From assembly GCA_002716765.1 (NCBI GenBank), contig PBBY01000004.1:1-54625 (forward strand): DNA of 54,625 nucleotides. The letters are read 5' to 3'. Of the stretch, positions 8,379 to 17,503 are shown one piece after another. The notes below the pieces were generated by a model. The model searched no databases. It was not told the origin of the DNA and saw nothing but the letters and a program-made list of their open reading frames with translations. A program made the translations under genes and the position numbers. The DNA comes from Candidatus Magasanikiibacteriota bacterium (GTDB lineage: Bacteria > Patescibacteriota > Patescibacteriia > Magasanikbacterales > UBA922). Numbering within the stretch: position 1 is the stretch's first letter; each line of letters begins with the position of its first letter.

Positions 8379-8454
8379 GGTGGCCATGGTGAAACGGTTA
8401 TCACAGAGGTTTGTGGTACCTCTATTACGGGTTCGATTCCCGTTGGTCACCCCA
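8379..8454 (+). tRNA. tRNA-His (anticodon GTG)
   Basis: G-1, acceptor GTGGCCA/TGGTCAC, C73, encoded CCA, anticodon arm GAGGT-TT GTG GT-ACCTC, TTCGATT T-loop. Confidence 0.96.
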
Positions 8455-8465
8455 AAGTGGGTTTT

Positions 8466-9617
8466 TTATTTTTTGTGATGCAGTATTTGGTCTTTATATG
8501 CATCTAAAAGAAGGGATGTCATGTTTTTGGCAGAAAGTTTTTGTGCTTTTTCTGCCGCTTCTTTTACTTTTTTGTTGTAGAGTGTTTTATTGTTTAATAG
8601 TGTAACAACATGACTTACAAATGATTTTTTTGTTTCTTTGGTAAGGTATCCACCAGTATTTCCGGCCAATACATCACAAACACCCATACCATTTACGGCA
8701 ACCACCGGTATCTTCATTGCCATTGCTTCTAACAATACCAAACCCTGTGTTTCTGTTTTAGACGCAAATACAAATATTTTTGCAAGACTGAGTAATGCAA
8801 AAATATGGCGACGTTCTATGTAGCCAGTAAAAATAATTTTTCGTGAAATACCAAGTTTTTTTGCTAATTCTTGTAACGATTTTTTTTCTGGACCATCTCC
8901 TACAATAATAAGCCGCGTTTTTGGGTGAGTTTTTATCAATCCCGCAAAGGAGTTAAGTAAAAATGCGATATTTTTTTCTTTTCCAAGCCGAGAGACGGTA
9001 ATAAGATAGGTAAGATTATCTTTGATTGCGTATTTCTTTTTAATTGCCCTAATCGTGGCTGCGTGAGGTTTAATACAATCAATTCCTGTAGGAATAGTAA
9101 GAATAGGTGAGGTTATATTGTATGATGTAAGCTCTTTTTTTATTGCTTTTGATGGTGCAATAACTACATTATTGGTATTACAATATGATTTACTTACCCA
9201 CACGGCAAAGTTTTTTAGATAGTCAGAATGAACGGGAAGGTAATGGGTATATTCTATGTATAATGTGTGATATGTGTGAATTAATGGAATACGGTGTTTT
9301 TTTGCTAAATAGAGCGCAAGTAATCCAATTGTAAATGGGGTGTGTGAATGAATAATGTCTATTTCTAATTCCTGGAATTTTGCCAGTGTTCGGGAGTAGG
9401 GTAAGCTAATACGTGATTCTGGGTGAAAAAGTACTTTTGCCGAAGGAAAACGATACACATTTTTTGGATCATGACGTTTTCGTTTTGTGGTAAAAGCAGG
9501 GGCAAAAATATATACATTATGGCCCATTTTTTTGAGTTCTTTGCTAAATATTTGGATAGATGTAACAACGCCATTTATTTGCGGCGAATAGGTATCGGTG
9601 AAAAAGGCGATATTCAT
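8466..9617 (-). CDS. Glycosyltransferase family 4 (diacylglycerol glucosyltransferase-like subgroup)
   Basis: MNIAFFTDTYSPQINGV, HSHTPF, HTYHT, VSRLGKEKN, ETQGLVLLEAMA. Confidence 0.92.
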   Translation of the reverse strand: MNIAFFTDTYSPQINGVVTSIQIFSKELKKMGHNVYIFAPAFTTKRKRHDPKNVYRFPSAKVLFHPESRISLPYSRTLAKFQELEIDIIHSHTPFTIGLLALYLAKKHRIPLIHTYHTLYIEYTHYLPVHSDYLKNFAVWVSKSYCNTNNVVIAPSKAIKKELTSYNITSPILTIPTGIDCIKPHAATIRAIKKKYAIKDNLTYLITVSRLGKEKNIAFLLNSFAGLIKTHPKTRLIIVGDGPEKKSLQELAKKLGISRKIIFTGYIERRHIFALLSLAKIFVFASKTETQGLVLLEAMAMKIPVVAVNGMGVCDVLAGNTGGYLTKETKKSFVSHVVTLLNNKTLYNKKVKEAAEKAQKLSAKNMTSLLLDAYKDQILHHKK

Positions 9618-9728
9618 AAAAGGGAAAAAATAAGAAAGTTTCTTGTGTAATGATACGTGTTTTTTTGCTTTTTTGCAATGGTGGGGGGTTTTCTCGGTAT
9701 TATTTGAAATGGCGGTATCGCGCGAAAC

Positions 9729-9758
9729 AAAAAACCAGCGGTAATTGCTGGTTTTTTT
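9729..9758. terminator. Intrinsic terminator at the end of the pilin array
   Basis: AAAAAACCAGCG-GTAA-TTGCTGGTTTTTTT hairpin with A/T tails. Confidence 0.75.
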
Positions 9759-9762
9759 AGGA

Positions 9763-10287
9763 TTATAGCTGACTTCTGTTTGTGTTAAATTGGTTTTTTA
9801 TAAAGTCTCTTGTTTCTCTTTCTATAGCTTGTAGTTCGGATTCTTCGTTTCGGATGTTTGCATCTGTTTCATATTTTTCTATGAGTTGTCTATTGTCATC
9901 AGGTTCTCTTAGGAGTACTTGTGTCACAAAGACGGTGATTGAGTATGCCGATAGTACAATAACAAGACCAAGTGTGCTTATTTTTAAAATATTTTTTGCT
10001 TTTGTTACTTTTTCTTCTTCTCCAGCAGAGGTAAACATAAGGATTCCGGCATAAACTATGGTTAAGACAAAAAGTGTGCCAACAAAAGTAAGCCCATTTC
10101 GTATAATTGCTGCAATAACATCGCGTGGGTCTTTGGATTGGATTATGGCAAGGTCTTGCTCGGCGGCAGCTGAGCCAAGTTGTTTTACTAAATCTGTTCT
10201 GTAGTCAGCAGAAGTGCTGTCTACAAACATAAGAAAAGCCGCAAGCGTCATGGAAAAACAGAGGAGTGTGAAGATGTTTCTTTTCAT
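9763..10287 (-). CDS. TrbC/VirB2-like pilin (T4SS_pilin family) 16
   Basis: Signal peptide plus core YAGILMFTSAGEEEKVTKAKNIL...GLVIVLSAYSIT; charged helical C-tail. Confidence 0.85.
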   Translation of the reverse strand: MKRNIFTLLCFSMTLAAFLMFVDSTSADYRTDLVKQLGSAAAEQDLAIIQSKDPRDVIAAIIRNGLTFVGTLFVLTIVYAGILMFTSAGEEEKVTKAKNILKISTLGLVIVLSAYSITVFVTQVLLREPDDNRQLIEKYETDANIRNEESELQAIERETRDFIKNQFNTNRSQL

Positions 10288-10299
10288 ATATATAAAATA

Positions 10300-10803
10300 T
10301 TATCTACTTACGCAGTCGAATGAGCCTTTTTGCCAGAATTTCCATTTATTTACTTTGCACTGAACCGTTGGCGGTGCCTCTTGGTGAACCCGATCTTGCA
10401 AAGATTTAAGCATAACCTGGCTAACTATTGTAGTAATGGCATATGCAGAAAGGGTGACAAATAATCCAATAACGGCCATTTTTATGGTTGTGAGCGCTTT
10501 TGTTACTTTTTCTTGTTCTCCGGATGCGGTTAAGAGCATGATTCCGGAATAGAGTACAAGTAGTAAGAAGACGGTTCCAACCACAGTAAGAAGTGACTTA
10601 ATAAATTCGGCAATAACTACTTGTGGGTTTTCTCTTGCAACGCCCATTTCTGCACTTTCTGCGCCAGCTTTGAGTTGTTTTGTTACATTTGCCCCAAAAC
10701 CCTTCTGCTTTGTGTTTGTTTCAAGAGCGTTAGCATTTACGAATGAAAACGTAAAAAAGAAAAAAGAAAGACAAATGACTGAAATGAGTAGTTTTTTGTT
10801 CAT
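10300..10803 (-). CDS. TrbC/VirB2-like pilin 15
   Basis: Core YSGIMLLTASGEQEKVTKAL; short 2-Cys C-tail. Confidence 0.85.
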   Translation of the reverse strand: MNKKLLISVICLSFFFFTFSFVNANALETNTKQKGFGANVTKQLKAGAESAEMGVARENPQVVIAEFIKSLLTVVGTVFLLLVLYSGIMLLTASGEQEKVTKALTTIKMAVIGLFVTLSAYAITTIVSQVMLKSLQDRVHQEAPPTVQCKVNKWKFWQKGSFDCVSR

Positions 10804-10812
10804 AAAATAGTA

Positions 10813-11484
10813 TTAAAGTAATCCACCCGTGCCTTTTGTTTCGGATGCTTTGTTGAGTCGTTGGAAATTAAGACATTGTGATTCCCTGATTGTAACATAT
10901 TCGCAGTCTAGGGCGTCTGGGTTGTCTTGTTTTGTTTTGGAGGCACAGCCACCCCAATATGATTCACAATTAGATTCTTTTACATATGGAATAGTTTTAT
11001 ATACAGAGGTGGTATCAATGACAGCTTTTGGATCAAATTTTTCTAATAAACAACAGCCAATAATTGGGTCTTGTGCAGAAGACTTTCCTTCGCCGGTTGC
11101 CCGTTTTACAAATTGTGGTACCACAAAGTTGGTAATGGTGTATGCGCCGGTGGTTATAACAATACCAATAATAGCCATGCGAATAGTGGTAATGGATTTG
11201 GTTACTTTTTCGTCCTCTCCGCGTGCGGTTAAGTACAGAAATCCAGCGTAAAACATGAGTGCAAAAAAGAGAGTTCCAATAAATTGCAGGGCAAGGTTTA
11301 TTACTCTTCCAATATTTGTGGCTACACGTGTTTCGTCTGTTCCGGTTACATCAAATCCAGATTTCCTTGCAATGCTTGCACCAAGATCTTGACCAATATT
11401 TAGTTGAGCAAACACGGAGTTTGCAACAAAAAAAGAAAGGAGAAGTGCCAGGAGAATAAAAAGGTAGGTGGTGTTTTTTTTCAT
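10813..11484 (-). CDS. TrbC/VirB2-like pilin 14 with Cys-rich C-terminal domain
   Basis: Core YAGFLYLTARGEDEKVTK; tail GCC...C...C...C...C. Confidence 0.85.
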   Translation of the reverse strand: MKKNTTYLFILLALLLSFFVANSVFAQLNIGQDLGASIARKSGFDVTGTDETRVATNIGRVINLALQFIGTLFFALMFYAGFLYLTARGEDEKVTKSITTIRMAIIGIVITTGAYTITNFVVPQFVKRATGEGKSSAQDPIIGCCLLEKFDPKAVIDTTSVYKTIPYVKESNCESYWGGCASKTKQDNPDALDCEYVTIRESQCLNFQRLNKASETKGTGGLL

Positions 11485-11515
11485 AAGGATTTTGCTGGGT
11501 TAATTAGTGTGTTTA

Positions 11516-12055
11516 TTATCTTCTTTCAGGGGGAACACACTGGTTTTCTGGAATACGTTTTATTTCTCCGGCACAATTATTCTTTTCTTGCTGATTACTG
11601 GCTACGTTTGCGCCTGTTGGAATATTTTTTGTAAATGTTATACAACAATCAACTATTTTTGCTCCTTTTATGTCGGAGGTTTTTGACGTGATTCTTGGTA
11701 AAATAAAAGTAGTAAGGCTGTATGCGCCAATACATAAAACAAGACCAATTATGGATGTACGAATAGTACCTTTTGCTTTTGTGGCTTTTTCTTCGTTTTC
11801 TCTGGCAGTCATCCACATTAATCCGGCATAAACAGTAAGTGCAAGGAAAATGGTTCCGACAAAGGTAAGCAATACATTAATAGTAAACCCAATAGTAGCA
11901 GAAAGTGTTGTGTCTGTTGTTGATTTATCAAAACCAGCAGTTGCTGCTGCATTTCTGACTTTATTTGTACCAATGTCTACTACGGCAAAAGCGGGAAGAG
12001 TAACAAAAAATACCAATATAATGACAGAAATAAAGAGTGAAAGTTTTTTTCGCAT
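11516..12055 (-). CDS. TrbC/VirB2-like pilin 13 with Cys-rich tail
   Basis: Core YAGLMWMTARENEEKATKAK; tail DCC...C...C. Confidence 0.85.
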   Translation of the reverse strand: MRKKLSLFISVIILVFFVTLPAFAVVDIGTNKVRNAAATAGFDKSTTDTTLSATIGFTINVLLTFVGTIFLALTVYAGLMWMTARENEEKATKAKGTIRTSIIGLVLCIGAYSLTTFILPRITSKTSDIKGAKIVDCCITFTKNIPTGANVASNQQEKNNCAGEIKRIPENQCVPPERR

Positions 12056-12064
12056 AAAAATTAA

Positions 12065-12454
12065 TTAACCTATACTTCCTAATTGTGCGGTAATAAGGTA
12101 TGTAATAGCATAAGCACTTAACGTAATAACTAATCCAATAAGTGTGGTTCGAATTATTGTTTTTGCTTTTGTGGCTTGTTCTTCGTTTTCTCTGGCAGTC
12201 ATCCATAAATAGCCGGCGTAAACCATAAGAACAAGGAAAATAAGACCAATAAAAGACAACGCCACTTGAATAACATTTCCAATAATAACGTCGAGTGATG
12301 CGGTCTTCTTTGTTACCCCAGCCTTACCTGCAGAAGTTGTAAGTTTTTTTTCCCAATCTCCTAATGTTCCGGCAGCGTGTGCGGTGCTTGCGTAAATAAC
12401 TCCAGCAAAAGTAAGTGAAAGGGTGGTGAATTGTTTTTTATATTTGTTTGTCAT
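12065..12454 (-). CDS. TrbC/VirB2-like pilin 12 (minimal)
   Basis: Core YAGYLWMTARENEEQATKAK; no tail. Confidence 0.88.
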   Translation of the reverse strand: MTNKYKKQFTTLSLTFAGVIYASTAHAAGTLGDWEKKLTTSAGKAGVTKKTASLDVIIGNVIQVALSFIGLIFLVLMVYAGYLWMTARENEEQATKAKTIIRTTLIGLVITLSAYAITYLITAQLGSIG

Positions 12455-12505
12455 ATATTTGCTAACTTTTGTGTAAAGTATTAAACCTAAGATTTTTATT
12501 TATAG

Positions 12506-13207
12506 TTAATTTAGTTGCCAATTAGGTTCACTAAATAGAGTGGTCTGCAAGTCATCCCCGCCAAATTCATTGGCTTTATTGCATATATCTACACAAAGGC
12601 TGTAGCTGCTAAATGTAGAATTAAATCCCGAGGTTCCATTACCACAAACCGGGTCTCCAACCGAGCAGCTTTTTTGCTCTAGCACACACTCTTCTTTTGT
12701 TTTTATGGAACAGGAATATTCATTTGTACCCCAAGAGTCGTTAATCATGTTTATGCAACAACCATAAACCAGGTCTTTTGCTTCCTCAATTTTTTGGCCA
12801 CCTGTTGGTTTTGTTGTTCCGGTTGCACCTTGTAATACAACATTTGTAATAGTGTAGGAAGAAATGACAATAATTAGCCCGATAATTGCTGTTGTCATCA
12901 TGGTTCTGGCTTTTTTTGCTTGTTCTTCGTTTTCTCTTGCGATCATCCAGGTGTAGCCGGCGTATACCATAAGAATAAAAAACACGGCAGTAATAAGGGA
13001 AAGTGCAAGATTTATAATAGTTCCTGATTGGGATTCTACAGTTTGTGTCGCGTCTATTCCTGTGCCTGTTATAGAGGCTTCAAGGAAGTTTGTTGCGCCT
13101 CGTAGTGTTTTCTCATTTGCTTTTGTGTGTAATATGTTAAAAAATAACGAAAAACAGAAACAACTGGCAAGAAGAAAGAGAGTATTTCGTGATAGTTTTT
13201 TGTTCAT
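12506..13207 (-). CDS. TrbC/VirB2-like pilin 11 with Cys-rich C-terminal domain
   Basis: Core YAGYTWMIARENEEQAKKAR; tail starting GCC with 8 Cys. Confidence 0.85.
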   Translation of the reverse strand: MNKKLSRNTLFLLASCFCFSLFFNILHTKANEKTLRGATNFLEASITGTGIDATQTVESQSGTIINLALSLITAVFFILMVYAGYTWMIARENEEQAKKARTMMTTAIIGLIIVISSYTITNVVLQGATGTTKPTGGQKIEEAKDLVYGCCINMINDSWGTNEYSCSIKTKEECVLEQKSCSVGDPVCGNGTSGFNSTFSSYSLCVDICNKANEFGGDDLQTTLFSEPNWQLN

Positions 13208-13241
13208 AGCAGTGGTTTGAGGTTAAGGAAGGTGTGGGTTA

Positions 13242-13634
13242 TTATTGACTGCCATCAGTCGGAGGAGATGTATTCTCTTCTACGCTTGTAAAGACAAAAT
13301 TGGTAATGGCGTAGGCGGAAAGTACCACAACCAATCCTATAATTGCGGCAATAATGGTTTTTTGTGCTTCTTTTACACCCTCTTCGTTTCCTCTGGCGGT
13401 CATCCATTTAAATCCAGCGTATACCATAAGGATAAAGAAAATAACACCAATTATAGAAAGTATGGTTCCGATAAGGTTTCCAATAATAGCTTCTGGCTCC
13501 TCTTTAATGGTTAGTCCGGCATAATTGGCAGTAATCTCTAATCCACCAGCTTCTGCAGCAAAACTATGTGCCGCTGGAAAAAGTGTAAAAAGGAGAATAG
13601 TAAGACTGCTAAATAATATAATGGATTTTTTCAT
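13242..13634 (-). CDS. TrbC/VirB2-like pilin 10 (minimal)
   Basis: Core YAGFKWMTARGNEEGVKEAQ. Confidence 0.88.
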   Translation of the reverse strand: MKKSIILFSSLTILLFTLFPAAHSFAAEAGGLEITANYAGLTIKEEPEAIIGNLIGTILSIIGVIFFILMVYAGFKWMTARGNEEGVKEAQKTIIAAIIGLVVVLSAYAITNFVFTSVEENTSPPTDGSQ

Positions 13635-13700
13635 AGAGTTAAGTTAATGGTTTTTTTATATTTTTGTGTCGTTTTTTCATAATAGAGTTTCAATTCAATC

Positions 13701-14495
13701 CTAATTAGGTTCTCTGAGTTCTTGACAAATGCATGTTTCTTTATCATCAGTCAACTCACAATTACCAACCCATCCTTTGTTGGAGCATGCTTCTCCTACA
13801 TTCTTACCAATACAAGCATCCCAAGTTGAAAATGTGCCATCTGGTTGTGCTTTTACTTCTGTATTTGGACAAAGTCCTGGTACAAGAAGCTCGGTAAGTG
13901 CTTTTATGTCTTCGTTTTGTGGTGAACATTGTTCCGCATTATTTGTAGGATAAAATGTGTTGGCAAAATAATCAGTATTTTGACCCCTTGCACTATTAAA
14001 TGCATCATCACACTCTTTTTGGGTAAATAAACTTTCAATTAAGAAAATACCTTTTTCTTTATCTTTTGGGATCAGTACACAACACCCTTTATCTCCTTCA
14101 TTCTCACTCTCACCTTCTAAACTGGAAAACAAGAAATTTGTTAATGAATATGACGAAAGTACTATGATTAATCCAACCGATGCTGCAATTATGGTACTTT
14201 GTGCTTTTTTTGCTTGATCTTCTTTTCCTCTTGCTGTCATCCACAAAATTCCTGCATAAACCATTAGGATAAAAAATATTACGGCAACGGTGTAGAGTAA
14301 CGCGCCCAATGCTTTTCCGATCATTGTTGGGATGTCTCTATTTTTTCTAAAATCTGCATCTACTATGCTGTTTGTATCAGAAAATCCTTTTTTTACTTGT
14401 TCTATTGCGTTACTTTGTGCCAATGTGTGTTGAAATGGCGCAATACACAAAAATAATAGAAGTAATAGGAGTATATTTTTGTGTCGTTTTTTCAT
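13701..14495 (-). CDS. TrbC/VirB2-like pilin 9 with Cys-rich C-terminal domains
   Basis: Core YAGILWMTARGKEDQAKKAQ; GCC module plus CPNT...CIG...GE.C...C...C.C module. Confidence 0.87.
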   Translation of the reverse strand: MKKRHKNILLLLLLFLCIAPFQHTLAQSNAIEQVKKGFSDTNSIVDADFRKNRDIPTMIGKALGALLYTVAVIFFILMVYAGILWMTARGKEDQAKKAQSTIIAASVGLIIVLSSYSLTNFLFSSLEGESENEGDKGCCVLIPKDKEKGIFLIESLFTQKECDDAFNSARGQNTDYFANTFYPTNNAEQCSPQNEDIKALTELLVPGLCPNTEVKAQPDGTFSTWDACIGKNVGEACSNKGWVGNCELTDDKETCICQELREPN

Positions 14496-15107
14496 AACTA
14501 TTTATCAGTTATTAAGGATTTGGTTCGGCTGCTGCACAGCCGCAAACAGAGTCTTCTAACTCACATACACTACCCACTTTTTGGTCACAAATTTCTCCAA
14601 TCCTTCTTCCTATACAAAGATTTTGCCTTGGTTTTTCTGTGGAAACTTGTGTGTTTGGACAAAGTTCTGGTACAAAAAGGTTTGACTGTTCACTTGTTTG
14701 GAAGGCGGTTTCACAGTGACAGTGATTTGGAATATTTGTGTAGTTTTTTATTTGACAAGTACCTTGAATGTTACCCTGATTAGGAATAATAATGGTACAG
14801 ACACTGTCTATTGGTTTATTGTAGCAAGGTGTTTCCATGTTTCCTCCATGAACCACCTTAGATGAGCAGTTCTGTATACTCTCACCCTCCAAACTCGCAA
14901 ACAAGAAATTTGTTAATGAATATGACGAAAGTACTATGATTAATCCAACCGATGCTGCAATTATGGTGCTTTGTGCTTTTTTTGCTTGATCTTCTTTTCC
15001 TCTTGCTGTCATCCACAAAATTCCTGCATAAACCATTAGGATAAAAAATATTACGGCAACGGTGTAGAGTAACACACCCAATGCTTTTCCGATCATTATT
15101 GGGATGT
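14127..15107. repeat. 209-bp near-identical duplication of the pilin core (14127-14335 and 14899-15107)
   Basis: 4 mismatches in 209 bp by manual alignment; flanking domains diverged. Confidence 0.9.
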
Positions 15108-15258
15108 TTGTTTTTTTAAGGCCGGAGTCTGTTATTTGTCCTGCGGTTTGATCTAATCCAAGTTTGCCAAATTTTGTTACGGCAGCAAATGATTGAATTG
15201 GGGCAAAACACACAAAAAAGAGAAATATGATTGATACTATAATGAAACATTTTTTCAT
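14512..15258 (-). CDS. TrbC/VirB2-like pilin 8 with two Cys-rich C-terminal modules
   Basis: Core nearly identical to pilin 9; tail has two C..C..C..C..C.C modules. Confidence 0.87.
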   Translation of the reverse strand: MKKCFIIVSIIFLFFVCFAPIQSFAAVTKFGKLGLDQTAGQITDSGLKKTNIPIMIGKALGVLLYTVAVIFFILMVYAGILWMTARGKEDQAKKAQSTIIAASVGLIIVLSSYSLTNFLFASLEGESIQNCSSKVVHGGNMETPCYNKPIDSVCTIIIPNQGNIQGTCQIKNYTNIPNHCHCETAFQTSEQSNLFVPELCPNTQVSTEKPRQNLCIGRRIGEICDQKVGSVCELEDSVCGCAAAEPNP

Positions 15259-15290
15259 ACTTTTGTATGTGTTTTACGGGTTTTGCGCTG

Positions 15291-15707
15291 TTATTGTTGG
15301 TCTACTCTTTCTGTTTCTACGCCCGTTTCATAATCAATTCCTGTGGTTGCGCTATATAGTTGTGTAGTAACAAATCTGGAAATAGAGTAGGCGCTTAAAA
15401 TTAATGCTAAACCAATAACCGATGAAAAGAGTACTTTTTTTGCTTTTGCTACTTGATCGTCATTTCCTCCGGAAGTCATCCACATAAATCCTGCATACAC
15501 AATAAGAATGAGTGCGACAATACCAAGTAATCCAAGGGCAACGTTAATAATTTCTGCTGTTGTTGTTCGAATATCTTTTGCACCAAGACCAGAACGTGCA
15601 CCATGACGAACACCAAGTGGGTCAGCACCTTGAGCTTGGGTTGCGGTTGGTAAAACAGTGAATGAAAAGAAGAGAAAGGCACAAGCAAAAAGACAAGCTT
15701 TTTTCAT
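15291..15707 (-). CDS. TrbC/VirB2-like pilin 7
   Basis: Core YAGFMWMTSGGNDDQVAKAK. Confidence 0.88.
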   Translation of the reverse strand: MKKACLFACAFLFFSFTVLPTATQAQGADPLGVRHGARSGLGAKDIRTTTAEIINVALGLLGIVALILIVYAGFMWMTSGGNDDQVAKAKKVLFSSVIGLALILSAYSISRFVTTQLYSATTGIDYETGVETERVDQQ

Positions 15708-15755
15708 AGAAGTGTATTATGTAAATAATATGCGCATCACCTTGTAAAAGATGGT

Positions 15756-15815
15756 GTAAAAACTAGAAATTAGAGACTACTTTCCAGTTTTTAAAAGGGA
15801 ATAACCCCTTTTAAA
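15756..15815 (-). terminator. Double-hairpin 3' element after pilin 6 (duplicated at 16339-16398)
   Basis: TTTAAAAGGG-GTTATT-CCCTTTTAAA then AAACTGGAAAGTAG-TCT-CTAATTTCTAGTTT; 59/60 identical to the second copy. Confidence 0.65.
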
Positions 15816-15818
15816 TTA

Positions 15819-16277
15819 TTAAAAACTATATTGATTTGCTCCGGTAACAGCAGTGGCTTGACCAAGTTGAATAAGCACAAATCTGGCGATTGCCCAGGCA
15901 CTCATTATGATTGCCAAACCAATTATTCCAGATAAAATAAGTTTCTTTGCTTCTTCTACTTTGTCGTCGTTTCCTCCGGCAGTCATCCATTTAAATCCAC
16001 CAAGAAGAATTATAACAACAGCAACGATTCCAAGTAAGCTCAGCATAACATTTATGATTCTGGCAACGGTTGTTTGCAAATCTGCTTTTCCAAGTGCAGT
16101 GGTTTCGTGAATTGGATCAATACCAAAAACATCATCATTTTGTGCGGCACCTTGATTGTTTGGTTCAACCCCACCATCGTTTGCAAAAACATTTGATGCG
16201 GCTAATGTAGAAAATAGTACGGCTGCAATAATTGCAATAATAGTTTTGTATTTTACTAAACGCATTGCTAAATACAT
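15819..16277 (-). CDS. TrbC/VirB2-like pilin 6 (candidate major pilin)
   Basis: Core GGFKWMTAGGNDDKVEEAKK; full SD AAAGGAGGTGAT. Confidence 0.9.
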   Translation of the reverse strand: MYLAMRLVKYKTIIAIIAAVLFSTLAASNVFANDGGVEPNNQGAAQNDDVFGIDPIHETTALGKADLQTTVARIINVMLSLLGIVAVVIILLGGFKWMTAGGNDDKVEEAKKLILSGIIGLAIIMSAWAIARFVLIQLGQATAVTGANQYSF

Positions 16278-16338
16278 AATATCACCTCCTTTTTTGTGTG
16301 GTTTGTCATATATTTTTGTTCTTCACCTAAAAGATGAA

Positions 16339-16398
16339 GTAAAAACTAGAAATTATAGACTACTTTCCAGTTTTTAAAAGGGAATAACCCCTTTTAAA
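16339..16398 (-). terminator. Double-hairpin 3' element after pilin 5
   Basis: Copy of 15756-15815. Confidence 0.65.
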
Positions 16399-16402
16399 AT
16401 TA

Positions 16403-16912
16403 TTATAGTTCGTATGCTGTTGCTCCGGTAACATCTGTTGCTTGGCCAAGTTGAATAAGTACAAATCTGGCAATTGCCCAGGCACTCATTACAATAGCTA
16501 AACCAATAATTCCAGCTAAAATAAGTTTCTTTGCTTCTTCTACTTTGTCGTCGTTTCCAGCTGCTGTCATCCATTTAAATCCACCAAGAAGTATGATAAC
16601 TACTGCAACAATCCCAAGTAAACTTAATGCAACGTTAATGATTCTTGCAATAGTAGTTTGTAAATCTGCTTTTCCTAGTGCGGTTGTGCCATGAATGGAG
16701 TCCATACCAAATACATCAACTTGAGCTGCAACTTTACAAATACCATTGAAACAGACGTCGGTTTCTAATGTACAAGTATTTCCAGGTAGACACACGTCAT
16801 CTGTATCACCAGCTGCTGCAAAAACACTTGATGCGGCTAATGTAGAAAATAGTACTGTTGCAATAATTGCAATAATAGTTTTGTATTTTACTAAACGCAT
16901 TGCTAAATACAT
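16403..16912 (-). CDS. TrbC/VirB2-like pilin 5 (candidate major pilin; paralog of pilin 6 with a 4-Cys N-terminal insert)
   Basis: Same leader MYLAMRLVKYKTIIAIIA, same core, insert CLPGNTC...C...C; SD AAAGGAGGTGAT. Confidence 0.9.
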   Translation of the reverse strand: MYLAMRLVKYKTIIAIIATVLFSTLAASSVFAAAGDTDDVCLPGNTCTLETDVCFNGICKVAAQVDVFGMDSIHGTTALGKADLQTTIARIINVALSLLGIVAVVIILLGGFKWMTAAGNDDKVEEAKKLILAGIIGLAIVMSAWAIARFVLIQLGQATDVTGATAYEL

Positions 16913-16985
16913 AGTATCACCTCCTTTCGTTGTTGGGTTTGTTTCATATAATAATACAGTATGGGAATAATATAATAAAAAAACG

Positions 16986-17414
16986 CTAAAAAATCCCCAG
17001 TATTTGGTTTAGTATAGCATAAGAACCAAAAATCACAAAAAGACCAATGGTTGCGTATAACATGGTTTGTGTGCCTTTTTTTACTTTTTCTTGGTTTCCG
17101 GCAGAGGTAAGCCACATAAACCCACCAAACATAAATGCCAAAAGCGTTAATGATCCAATAATTCCTAATGCTGTTTGCGCAACTTTTCCTATGAGCTCCT
17201 GAGGTGTGGCAGATGCAATTGGGTTTTGAAGCTGTCTTACTTTAGGTGCTATCTTGCTAAGGACGGGTGTTTGTGCTTTCGTATTTTGAGGCACTGCTGG
17301 AGCTGTTGCTGTAGCAGCTGTTGCAAAAGAGGTAAAAGAAAAACAAAAGCCACTAATTAAAATAAGAAAAAGAAATAATTGAATAGGAGAAAGGAGTTTG
17401 CGTTTAGCAGTCAT
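16986..17414 (-). CDS. TrbC/VirB2-like pilin 4
   Basis: LQNPI...GGFMWLTSAGNQEKVKKG core. Confidence 0.88.
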   Translation of the reverse strand: MTAKRKLLSPIQLFLFLILISGFCFSFTSFATAATATAPAVPQNTKAQTPVLSKIAPKVRQLQNPIASATPQELIGKVAQTALGIIGSLTLLAFMFGGFMWLTSAGNQEKVKKGTQTMLYATIGLFVIFGSYAILNQILGIF

Positions 17415-17440
17415 AAAATACGTATAAAGTAATAGTTAAT

Positions 17441-17449
17441 AGTATAGCA
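17441..17449 (-). promoter_or_regulatory. Extended -10 element (TGCTATACT), internal promoter of the pilin array
   Basis: Same TGCTATACT motif lies upstream of rmuC (5588-5596) and of the pilV-like gene (26223-26231). Confidence 0.5.
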
Positions 17450-17503
17450 TTAACGTGTTGGAAAAAAAAGGCGTAGCACTGTGCAAAACACACACGTAAG
17501 TTG

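Noticed and set aside
7611-8450. Small ORFs 7611-7820 and 8259-8450
   Set aside because: They overlap DnaA boxes or are antisense to tRNA-His; no coding features
9714-9729. Additional parS site GGTATCGCGCGAAACA
   Set aside because: Four mismatches to the consensus; too weak
14127-15107. DGR template/variable repeat pair
   Set aside because: Both copies are inside coding cores, the 4 differences are transitions not confined to adenines of one copy, and no reverse transcriptase is in the window
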